From NCBI GenBank assembly GCA_021823625.1, contig JAKANS010000003.1, positions 5,782-69,781 of the forward strand: DNA of 64,000 bases. Direction: 5' to 3'. Below, in pieces: positions 46,614 to 54,677 of this stretch (position 1 is the stretch's first letter; each line of letters begins with the position of its first letter). This DNA is from a bacterium (GTDB lineage: Bacteria; Verrucomicrobiota; Verrucomicrobiia; Limisphaerales; J093). The notes under the pieces were generated by a model that was not told the DNA's origin, did no database searches, and saw only the letters and a program-made list of their open reading frames with translations. A program made the position numbers and the translations under genes.

Positions 46614-47846
46614 ATGAACCCGACTCCCACCCTGCCCAGCACCGGCGCGGCCGCGCCGAGCCAGCGGTTGCTCTCGCTCGACGCCCTGCGCGGTTTCGAC
46701 ATGTTCTGGATCATGGGCGGCGACCTCATCATGACGAGCCTGCGCCGGTTCAACGACAACCCGGCCACGCGCTTCCTGGCGGAGCAATTCGATCACAAGG
46801 ACTGGGCGGGCTTCGCGTTCTACGACCTCATTTTCCCGCTGTTCGTGTTCATCATCGGCGTGTCACTGGTGTTTTCGCTCACCCGCATGATCGAGCGCGA
46901 AGGCCGCGCCGTGGCGCTCCGGCGCGTCTTCCGCCGTGGGGCGCTGCTCTACCTGCTCGGCGTGTTTTATTACGGTGGTTTTTCGAAGGAATGGCCGGAT
47001 ATCCGGCTGCTGGGGGTGCTCCAACGGCTCGCGCTCAGTTATTTCTTCGCGGGACTGCTGTTCTGCCTGTTCCGGCCCAAGGCGCTGGCGGCGATCTGCG
47101 CCGGTCTGCTGCTGGGCTACTGGGCGTTGATGGCGTTGGTGCCGTTCCCGGATGTGCGGCCCACGCCGGGCGGCGACCTCGAGGTCTGCAAAGAGACCGG
47201 CTTCACCAACGTGGCCCAACTGAACTTCGCCACCCCGAACCGGCTCCAGGGCGTGTACCTCAAGGGGGTGAACCTGGCGAACTACGTCGATCAACGCTGG
47301 CTGCCCGGCTACAAATGGGACGGTACGTGGGATCCGGAAGGTCTGCTGAGCACCATCCCCGCTGTGGGCACGTGCCTGCTCGGGGTCTTCGCCGGCCTGC
47401 TGTTGCGCAACCGGAGCGTGGACGACCTGCGCAAGGTGGTGTTGTTGCTCAGCGCCGGGGCGGTCGCAGTGGCGGCCGGCTGGCTTTGGAACCTGCAGTT
47501 CCCGGTCATCAAAAAGATTTGGACCTCCTCGTACGTGCTGGTCGCCGGCGGTTACAGTGCGTGGCTGCTGGCGGCGTTTTACTACGTGATCGAGGTGCGC
47601 CAGTGGCAGAACTGGGCCGCGCCGTTCGTGTGGATCGGCATGAACCCGATCACGGTCTATCTCGGCGACGCGCTGCTCAGTTACTACAAGGTCGCCGAGC
47701 GCCTGGCCGGCGGGAGCGTGCGCGACTTTCTCAATGCCCGGGTAATGGTCGGAGCCGGCGACGCGCTCGTGGCCATCATCGCGCTGGGTTTGGCCATTCT
47801 GCTCTGCCGGTTTTTGTACCGACGGAAACTGTTCCTGCGGCTTTGA
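46614..47846 (+). CDS. DUF5009 / heparan-alpha-glucosaminide N-acetyltransferase-like membrane acyltransferase
   Basis: ORF track 410 aa. RLLSLDALRGFDMFWIMGG at the N-terminus and a polytopic membrane profile. Confidence 0.8.
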   Translation: MNPTPTLPSTGAAAPSQRLLSLDALRGFDMFWIMGGDLIMTSLRRFNDNPATRFLAEQFDHKDWAGFAFYDLIFPLFVFIIGVSLVFSLTRMIEREGRAVALRRVFRRGALLYLLGVFYYGGFSKEWPDIRLLGVLQRLALSYFFAGLLFCLFRPKALAAICAGLLLGYWALMALVPFPDVRPTPGGDLEVCKETGFTNVAQLNFATPNRLQGVYLKGVNLANYVDQRWLPGYKWDGTWDPEGLLSTIPAVGTCLLGVFAGLLLRNRSVDDLRKVVLLLSAGAVAVAAGWLWNLQFPVIKKIWTSSYVLVAGGYSAWLLAAFYYVIEVRQWQNWAAPFVWIGMNPITVYLGDALLSYYKVAERLAGGSVRDFLNARVMVGAGDALVAIIALGLAILLCRFLYRRKLFLRL

Positions 47847-48036
47847 GGCGAGCGTCGATGGACACCCGCGCGGCCACGGCGGCGAATCAACGCCCGGCAA
47901 CCGAATTTCCAACTTTGACCGCGGCCGACGCCTTGACCCGAAATTTGCGCTTCGCCTCTTCGGACTTGGACAGCGAAACAGCTGTTGCCTGTAGCGATCT
48001 GTAAAGCAGCGTGGTAATTACCCCCCAAATCTACAA

Positions 48037-48064
48037 TTGACAAGTCTGGTTACGTCTGTAATAC
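48037..48064 (+). promoter_or_regulatory. Sigma70-like promoter of the orphan gene
   Basis: TTGACA (48037-48042), 16-nt spacer, TAATAC (48059-48064). The ATG at 48073 lies 8 nt after the -10 element. Confidence 0.4.
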
Positions 48065-48072
48065 TGACCAAC

Positions 48073-48621
48073 ATGAACGAACAGACAAACGAACTTGATA
48101 AGCATCTGAACGCAGTATATGGACAAATCAGTGAGGCGGCGAAAAAGCACGACCTCCCCTCGATCCGCCGGCTGACCGTCAAAGTCGCGGAACTGGAAGA
48201 ACTCAAACAACAGCACGCAGCTATCCAACAACGAATTGCCAGTCTCGGCAGCGGGGTGGATTCGTCTGAACTACTCAACACGACGGTGCAAACGAACGGT
48301 AACCTCCGGGAACTGCCGATCGAAGTCACCGGTGGAATGAAACGCCAGAATCTGCTAACGCTGACGCCACACGTGAAACGGGGCAAAATCAAAGCTGGCG
48401 AACAACTCATAATCGAGGCACTTCCCAGCGGTGAACAATTCCAAACCGAACTCTTGGAACAGGGAAATCGACTGCGCGCTCGTAGCGAAATCGCTCAATT
48501 CTACCGTGACGCAAAAGTTAACGAAGGCGATTATGTGCTCCTCAGCGAAGTCGCTCCCGGACGCTGGACACTGAAAAAGGCGCCACCGGGAAGATACGGT
48601 CTCTCGGCCCTCTACGCGTAA
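48073..48621 (+). CDS. Orphan hypothetical protein in a lower-G+C patch
   Basis: ATG at 48073 within ORF 48037-48621. The N-terminal half looks coiled-coil-like. The C-terminal region GKIKAGEQLIIEALPSGEQFQTELLEQGNRLRARSEIAQFYRDAKVNEGDYVLLSEVAPGRWTLKK looks like a small beta-barrel. A hand count of the first 180 nt gives about 52% G+C. Confidence 0.6.
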   Translation: MNEQTNELDKHLNAVYGQISEAAKKHDLPSIRRLTVKVAELEELKQQHAAIQQRIASLGSGVDSSELLNTTVQTNGNLRELPIEVTGGMKRQNLLTLTPHVKRGKIKAGEQLIIEALPSGEQFQTELLEQGNRLRARSEIAQFYRDAKVNEGDYVLLSEVAPGRWTLKKAPPGRYGLSALYA

Positions 48622-48638
48622 TGCCGGCTAACTTGAGT

Positions 48639-50030
48639 TCAACCTTGGCGGCTGAGAGCGGCAGGGCTTCCGGCATGCTTGTCTTTCGCGACCGGGGCTT
48701 CGCCCGTCACACCCCAAAGCCAGCCCAGAAACCAGAACGCCGCCCAACCCACCGCCGGCACGTAAAGACCGAACTCCACCAGGCTTTGCACCGCCCAGCC
48801 TAGCAGGCCGAGCCACATCGCAAACGTCAGCGGCTGCGTGCCGGCGCGGTGGCGCAGCACCAGCAGAGACCCCCCCACAAACGCGAGGTAAATCGCCGCG
48901 CCAGGGAAGCCGGAGTCGGAGGCCTGCTGCAGGTAATCGTTGTGCGTCAGCATCGCCATCTCGGCGCCGGGCGGCTTGATCGCGCGATAGCTGGCGGCGA
49001 ACGTGCCCGGCCCCGCGCCGAAGACCGGACGCGCGCACGCGGTCTGCCAACCCGCCCGCCAGTATTCCAGCCGGGCGCTGGCGCTGGTGGCGCCGCGCTC
49101 GAAGTAACCCGCGAACCGCAGCGCGAACCCGGTCAGGCCGGCGACCAATGCCAGCCCCGCCAGCGCCAGCTTCACCTTGCGTGTCACCGGCAGGCGCAGG
49201 AACCACACCAGCCCCAGGCCCAGCGCGATCAGCCAGCCGGCCTTCGACTTCGTCCAGTACAGGCAGGCCAGCCCCGCCGCGACGAGCACGCCGACCAGCG
49301 CCCGCCGCGGCCACGCCGCGAGCCGCCCGGCCAGTTGCCACAGCGCTGCCGCCAATGCCGGCAGGAGCAGCAGGATCACGCCGGCCAGCGCGTTCGGGTA
49401 GAGCAGCGTGGCGAAGATGCGGTTGTTGGCGAGTCGCTTCAGGTAATCCGCGGGCAGCTGCTGCCAGTCCGGCTGCGCATAAATGGCCTTTCGCACTTCT
49501 TCGAGACCGCCGAAGTGTTGTTGAAAACCGAGGATCAGCACCGCGCTGAAACACCCGATCAGTGCCGCCCAGAAGATCGACATCCGCGGACTGGGCGCCA
49601 GGGCGAACAGGCCCAGGTAAAAACCCGCGACCGTCGCCGCGAAGTACGGCAAGGTGACCGCCGTCAGCCGCGCATCGATCGTCCGGGTCGCGGCGAGGAA
49701 TTGCCACGCCAGCCAGGCCAGGGGCAGAAAGACCAACCAGCGCGGGCGCGGCAGCCGCCAGTCCGCGGCGACCAAACCGAGCAAGGCGACCAGCCCGAGC
49801 AGGCTGTAGCCCCAGGCCAGCGGCCAGGGTTGGATCACGAATTCGACGTACTCCCGCGGCCGTTGAACCAGATGGTCAAGGAGTGCCGGGTTGCCAAATT
49901 TGAGGAGCGCCAGGCCGAGGAACAAACCCGCCAGCGCGGCGAAACCGGGCCGCAATGGGTCGGCGATTCGGAGCTTGGCTTCCGGCGTGGACGACATCGG
50001 GCGCGAGTGTGCGCGAACGCGCACCGACAT
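48639..50030 (-). CDS. O-antigen ligase (Wzy_C)-like polytopic membrane protein
   Basis: ORF track 463 aa, with an alternative ATG at 49997. Many TM segments and ..TKSKAGWLIALGLGLV...H.NDYLQ.. typical of O-antigen ligase-like proteins. Confidence 0.75.
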   Translation of the reverse strand: MSVRVRAHSRPMSSTPEAKLRIADPLRPGFAALAGLFLGLALLKFGNPALLDHLVQRPREYVEFVIQPWPLAWGYSLLGLVALLGLVAADWRLPRPRWLVFLPLAWLAWQFLAATRTIDARLTAVTLPYFAATVAGFYLGLFALAPSPRMSIFWAALIGCFSAVLILGFQQHFGGLEEVRKAIYAQPDWQQLPADYLKRLANNRIFATLLYPNALAGVILLLLPALAAALWQLAGRLAAWPRRALVGVLVAAGLACLYWTKSKAGWLIALGLGLVWFLRLPVTRKVKLALAGLALVAGLTGFALRFAGYFERGATSASARLEYWRAGWQTACARPVFGAGPGTFAASYRAIKPPGAEMAMLTHNDYLQQASDSGFPGAAIYLAFVGGSLLVLRHRAGTQPLTFAMWLGLLGWAVQSLVEFGLYVPAVGWAAFWFLGWLWGVTGEAPVAKDKHAGSPAALSRQG

Positions 50031-50130
50031 TCAATCCGAACTCCGATTCCGGGTGCTCCGGCGATTTCGCTTCGCGACCGTGGTCAGTGTCCTGAGCCCC
50101 GCCAGCGTGCGACGCTTCGCCCGCGCCCCG

Positions 50131-50292
50131 GGCCAGCGGGTCAAGACCGACCGGATCGCCGCCGCCGTCCTCTACGAGCGGCTCTGCGCCGCCGGAAAAC
50201 CGCCCAAGCTCGCCTTGGTGGCCTTGATGCGAAAACTTGTCGAACCGGCCAACTTCCTCCTCCCAAGGCCCACCTTGGAGATCTCCTGCTAA
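50131..50292 (+). pseudogene. C-terminal remnant of an IS110-family transposase
   Basis: The tail of ORF 49891-50292, ..VLYERLCAAGKPPKLALVALMRKLVEPANFLL.., matches the conserved extreme C-terminus of IS110 transposases as I recall it (FY.RL...GK..KVAL.A.MRKL...N.LL). No N-terminal DEDD domain is present upstream. Confidence 0.5.
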
Positions 50293-50343
50293 AAGACAGT
50301 TGCTGCCTGAATTCTGGCTGCGAATCGTCGGCCGTTCTCGGAC

Positions 50344-51894
50344 TCACTTGGCCGTGTCCGTGGAATGGTCCACCTTGGCGGGCAGGCGTACCCAGGCGAG
50401 AAGCGCGGCGGCGACCGCCAACGCGGCGGCGGCCAGGTACGGGGAATGCGGCATCTCGGCATACAGGGTGGTTGCAAAGACCGGTCCCAAGATGCGTGCC
50501 AGCGTGCCGGCGCTCTGGGTGACACCGAGCGTCGCGCCTTGTTCCGACGCAGGCGTGAAGATGGACACCAGGCCCAACGTCGGCGCGCGGTTCAAGCCCG
50601 ATCCAACCGACACGATCGCCAACGCGACCAACAGGGTGGCCACGCTCTCCGTGTAAGGCAGCCAGCCCAGGCTCGCGCCAAAGATCACCAGGCTGGCCAC
50701 GATCAGTTTCGGCTCGCCGAAGCGCTTCACGAGCCGCCCGATCATCCCGCCCTGGATGAATGCCGACATCAGGCCGCAAAAGGCGAAGAGGTAGCCGACG
50801 CTGCGTTCGTCGAAGTAATACGGCTGGCGCTTGATCTCGCCTGGGAACGCCGTTTCCAGCACCAACCGGTTCAGGCGCCGCCGCGTCTCCCGGCCTTGCG
50901 GGCCGTCGCGGAGCGCCGCGGCTTCGGCGGGCAGCTTCAGCGCCGCCAGCGCCGCGGCATCGAAGAGATTGGTCTGACCCAGCACCGCGTTCACCTCGTG
51001 GTAGAACCCGCGGCGCAAAGCGGCGGGCGAGGTGGCGTTGGCCTTGACCAAGCTGGCGCGAAAATCGGGCGCGAGCCGGGCGGCAAGTTCCACGGATACC
51101 GGGTCGGCTGGAGCCGTAAGTTTGCGCGCCAGCGCTTGCGGTTCGGTGAAGTCGTCCGGATGAAGTCCGGGCGAACCCAGCAACAGCGGCAGCGTCGTCT
51201 CGAACACCGCGAAGCAAAACGTTGCCAGGAAGTAAAGGCCCACCAGGAACCCAACCCGCGGCAGGCCCAGCGTGTGGCCGATCTGCGCCAGTCGCGGCCG
51301 CACGATGCCCGGAGCGCCGGGTTGCCGGCTTTCCACCAGGATCGCGAAGGCGAGGAGGAGGTTTGCGCCACAGAAGCCCGAAGCCACCCAGCCCGGACCG
51401 GCCAGGCCGAGATAGGCGGCGCTCAGCGCGCCGATGGCCGGACCCAAAATGAAACCGAGTCCGAACGCCACGCCGATCAAGCCCATGCCTTTCGAGCGCT
51501 TCTCCGGCGGCGTGATGTCGGCGATGTAGGCCGAGGCCACCGAGATGTTCGCGCCGCACGCACCGGCGAACACGCGCGAGGCCAGCAGCACCGTCAGCGC
51601 GGTCGCGGGCGACAGCGCCGGCGCCGCGGACAGCGCGAACATCGCGTAGGCGATCGTCGAGCCGGCGTTGCTGATCAGGATCACCGGCCGCCGCCCGATC
51701 CGGTCCGAAAGCCGGCCCCACCACGGCGCGAGGAAAAGCTGCATGACCGAAAACGAGGCGATGATTGCGCCCATCTTCCAGCCCTGCTCGCCGAAGCGTT
51801 CGATGTACCGCGGCAGCAGCGGCAACACCATGCCGAAGCCGATGAGGTCGATGAAAACGGTAAGGAAAATGATGAGCAGAGAAGGCTTTTTCAC
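50344..51894 (-). CDS. MFS transporter (TCR/Tet-like) with a large central cytoplasmic insertion
   Basis: ORF 50344-52074. The preferred GTG start at 51894 gives VKKPSLLIIFLTVFIDLIGFGMVLPLLP. GRLSDRIGRRPVI motif present. The start is uncertain. Confidence 0.82.
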   Translation of the reverse strand: MKKPSLLIIFLTVFIDLIGFGMVLPLLPRYIERFGEQGWKMGAIIASFSVMQLFLAPWWGRLSDRIGRRPVILISNAGSTIAYAMFALSAAPALSPATALTVLLASRVFAGACGANISVASAYIADITPPEKRSKGMGLIGVAFGLGFILGPAIGALSAAYLGLAGPGWVASGFCGANLLLAFAILVESRQPGAPGIVRPRLAQIGHTLGLPRVGFLVGLYFLATFCFAVFETTLPLLLGSPGLHPDDFTEPQALARKLTAPADPVSVELAARLAPDFRASLVKANATSPAALRRGFYHEVNAVLGQTNLFDAAALAALKLPAEAAALRDGPQGRETRRRLNRLVLETAFPGEIKRQPYYFDERSVGYLFAFCGLMSAFIQGGMIGRLVKRFGEPKLIVASLVIFGASLGWLPYTESVATLLVALAIVSVGSGLNRAPTLGLVSIFTPASEQGATLGVTQSAGTLARILGPVFATTLYAEMPHSPYLAAAALAVAAALLAWVRLPAKVDHSTDTAK

Positions 51895-52127
51895 GCGAGG
51901 GCGGGGCAGAGGTCGGCGGCGGGTCCGGGGGTGCAGCCAGGGCCGTCGCCCGGACAGCTTTCCGGCCGGGAGGTCGGGCTCGGTACGCAGTCGGGCCCAC
52001 GAGTGGTGGGTCCGGTGGGGATCATCAGCCGCCGCATGGGTGGAAATTAGGTTGCGTGCAGCGCGTCGCGTCAACGGGGAAATTCCCGGCGCGCCGGTTT
52101 TGGGCGCTTGCCCCGCAGTCGAGGCAG

Positions 52128-52155
52128 CTTTATTGTCCCGCCTTTATTGTCCCGC
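52128..52155 (+). repeat. Perfect tandem duplication of a 14-mer directly upstream of the antitoxin start (candidate operator)
   Basis: CTTTATTGTCCCGC occurs twice (52128-52141 and 52142-52155), followed 1 nt later by the GTG start at 52157. Confidence 0.7.
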
Positions 52156-52156
52156 C

Positions 52157-52372
52157 GTGCAAGCACACCGCGTCGAAACGACTCTGTCAGAGGATGGCGT
52201 CATCACGCTGCGCGACATCCCTTTTCGCCGGGGTGAGTCTGTCGAGGTCATCGTCCTCCCATTTGCCACAGTCGCCGCGTCGGGCGCCCGGTACCCGCTC
52301 CGGGGCACGCCGGTCACGCTCCTCGCTCCCACCGAACCGGTGGCGGAGGCTGACTGGGAGGCTGCCGGGTGA
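52157..52372 (+). CDS. Putative antitoxin of a VapBC-like pair
   Basis: GTG at 52157 in the frame of ORF 51668-52372 gives VQAHRVETTLSEDGVITLRDIPFRRGESVEVIVLPF... Its stop overlaps the PIN gene start (GTGA). The small size and position are typical of an antitoxin. Confidence 0.55.
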   Translation: MQAHRVETTLSEDGVITLRDIPFRRGESVEVIVLPFATVAASGARYPLRGTPVTLLAPTEPVAEADWEAAG

Positions 52373-52769
52373 TTGTCCTCGATACGCACATCTGGGTTTG
52401 GTGGGTTCATGGCGATGCGGCACTTTCCGCCTCGACGCGCGCGCTGCTCGACTCCGCCGAGCAGACCGGCCTCGGCGTGAGCGCGATTTCCTGCTGGGAG
52501 GTCGCCAAGTTGGTTGAGCGCCGGCGGCTTTCCCTGCCTTGCCCCGTCTTCGATTGGATGCGGCAGGCGCTGGCGTATCCCGGTGTTCGCTTGCTCGACC
52601 TCTCGCCCGCGTGAGCGTCGAATCCACGCAGCTTCCCGGCCCTTTTCACCACGATCCCGCCGACCAAATCATCGTGGCGACGGCGCGGGTTTTCGATGCG
52701 CTACTCGTCACGGTGGACGCCAGGATTCTGGCCTATCCCTATGTCCGGCTGGCACCAACCGACGGCTGA
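52369..52769 (+). pseudogene. vapC: PIN-domain (VapC-like) toxin gene interrupted by a frameshift
   Basis: The N-terminal part MIVLDTHIWVWWV...EVAKL... (52369-52614) stops after LLDLSPA. The C-terminal part ..VSVESTQLPGPFHHDPADQIIVATARVFDALLVTVDARIL.. continues in the frame of ORF 52539-52769. Together they give a VapC of about 133 aa. Confidence 0.6.
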
Positions 52770-53119
52770 AGGATTGGCCCGGCGAAGGCATTGGTCACGT
52801 CGCCCCCGGAACGCGGCGATCCCACGCGCCATGTGGTGCACGAATCCGGCGACCGCACCGGTTCCGGTTCCGGATCGCCTGCTTGCGCCCTCGGCGGCGC
52901 TCACTCCCGGCTTGCCAAGCGCCTCGTTTCTGCCAAACCTCAAACCAACATGCACGTACAAGCCCTGGCCCTTTCGGGGATGGACCGCGCGTTCGGCGGT
53001 TGTTTCTGGACCCGTCCCTTGGAACAACCGCACCAACAGCGGTTGTTCCCCGGAAAACCCGGGATCAACCGCATGCGGCTCAATCACTGTTCGGCCGACT
53101 TAGTGGAGCGCAGAGCGAC

Positions 53120-53614
53120 ATGAGCAAAACGCGGCAAGCAAGCACCAGGAGTCCGTTTCGGCTTCTGATGCGTGTCCCCGTACCGTGGGTATTCGTGCTT
53201 ACGTACATCGTCGGCGTAGGCCTGGAATATGGGCTGCCCTTTCGTGTACGCAATGAGCCGCTTGCAGGCGTCAGCGTTGCGGGTGGGCTGCTGTTCGGTA
53301 TCGGTGCAGCCATTGCCGGCTGGGGTCTGCTGACCTTCCGAGTGGCGCGCACCACCACCGTGCCCGGGAGAGCGTCTTCCCGGTTGGTCACTTGGGGCCC
53401 GTATCGCTTCAGCCGGAACCCGATGTACGTCGGCCTTATCGTCGCGTATCTCGGAGAGGCCGGAATCCTGCAGCAGGTCTGGCCGGTGCTTCTCTTGCCT
53501 CTCACCATTGCCTACGTCAACTGGATCGTGATCCCTGTTGAAGAGGCCCAGCTGAGAGCGGTATTTGCGGAAGAGTACGAACGGTACCGGAGGAGAGTCC
53601 ACCGCTGGCTGTAG
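53120..53614 (+). CDS. Isoprenylcysteine carboxyl methyltransferase (ICMT/PEMT)-family membrane methyltransferase
   Basis: ATG at 53120 within ORF 52514-53614. LVTWGPYRFSRNPMYVGL...E.QL...F.EEY..Y...V.RW matches the family motif. Confidence 0.8.
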   Translation: MSKTRQASTRSPFRLLMRVPVPWVFVLTYIVGVGLEYGLPFRVRNEPLAGVSVAGGLLFGIGAAIAGWGLLTFRVARTTTVPGRASSRLVTWGPYRFSRNPMYVGLIVAYLGEAGILQQVWPVLLLPLTIAYVNWIVIPVEEAQLRAVFAEEYERYRRRVHRWL

Positions 53615-53897
53615 GGGCTGAGGCGCGATTGGCGCGGGCCGAACAAGAGCGCTCCAGCGAACCGGCGCTGTGCGTTTGAGTTTTACGAGTCACTGTTTTT
53701 ACAACATCATCGGCTTCGGCGGACGCGCGCTGTCAGCGCCGGTCGCTGAGCTCACCTCTGAGGGGATCCGACAAGGGGTTTGTCAGGTTTTCTCGAGAGT
53801 GGTTTTGAAGGGGCTGCGGCCGAGTCTTCGCGGCGCTCGCCTCGCCGCCGGCTGAATAACCGCGGATGACCTATATTGGTCGTTAGCACGCACCACC

Positions 53898-54584
53898 ATG
53901 TACATCCCCAAGCACTTTGACGAACCCAGAGTTGATGTCATGCACGAGCTTATTCGGGCTCGACCGTTGGCTACGCTGATTACGCTCTCGTCCGGCGGGC
54001 TGAACGCCAACCACATTCCGTTGCACCTCTCGGAGGCGCCTCTGCCGCTCGGCACATTGCGCGGCCACGTTGCCCGCTCAAACTCGATCTGGAACGATTA
54101 CGCCAAAGACATTGAAGTCCTGACTGTGTTCCATGGCCCGGACGCTTACATCACGCCATCTTGGTATCCGACGAAAGTCGAAAACGGAAAGGCCGTTCCA
54201 ACCTGGAACTATGCGGTCGCTCATGCCTATGGCGCGCTCCGCGCGATTGATGACGCGTCGTGGTTGCGGGCCCACCTTGAGACACTGACTGCCCACAACG
54301 AAGCAGCGTTTTCTGAGCCGTGGCACCTGCCCGATGCACCTCACGATTTCACAGAAAAGCTCATTGGTGCGGTCGTTGGTATCGAAATCGTTATTACCCG
54401 GCTATCCGGCAAATGGAAGATCAGCCAAAACCAGCCTCCGCAGAATCAAGCCGGCGTCATTCGCGGCTTACGCACAAGCGGCGGCGCGGAGTCTCTGGAA
54501 ATGGCTGCGCTGGTTGAGGGTGCCAAGAATGCGCGCTTACCCATTATTCCACCGGCCTGCGCGAAAAGCCGCGCAGGCCGGTGA
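53898..54584 (+). CDS. FMN-binding negative transcriptional regulator (PaiB family)
   Basis: ORF track 228 aa. MYIPKHF start, ..HIPL.., ..GH.ARSN.., PTWNY and ..GKWK.SQN motifs. Confidence 0.82.
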   Translation: MYIPKHFDEPRVDVMHELIRARPLATLITLSSGGLNANHIPLHLSEAPLPLGTLRGHVARSNSIWNDYAKDIEVLTVFHGPDAYITPSWYPTKVENGKAVPTWNYAVAHAYGALRAIDDASWLRAHLETLTAHNEAAFSEPWHLPDAPHDFTEKLIGAVVGIEIVITRLSGKWKISQNQPPQNQAGVIRGLRTSGGAESLEMAALVEGAKNARLPIIPPACAKSRAGR

Positions 54585-54677
54585 ATTCAAACGTTGAGTC
54601 GGGTTTGTGCAATGTCCCGGCCCCCCTTGGTAGGGCCGACCTGCGAGTCGGCCACCCGAAGCCGGCACAGCGGCGCC

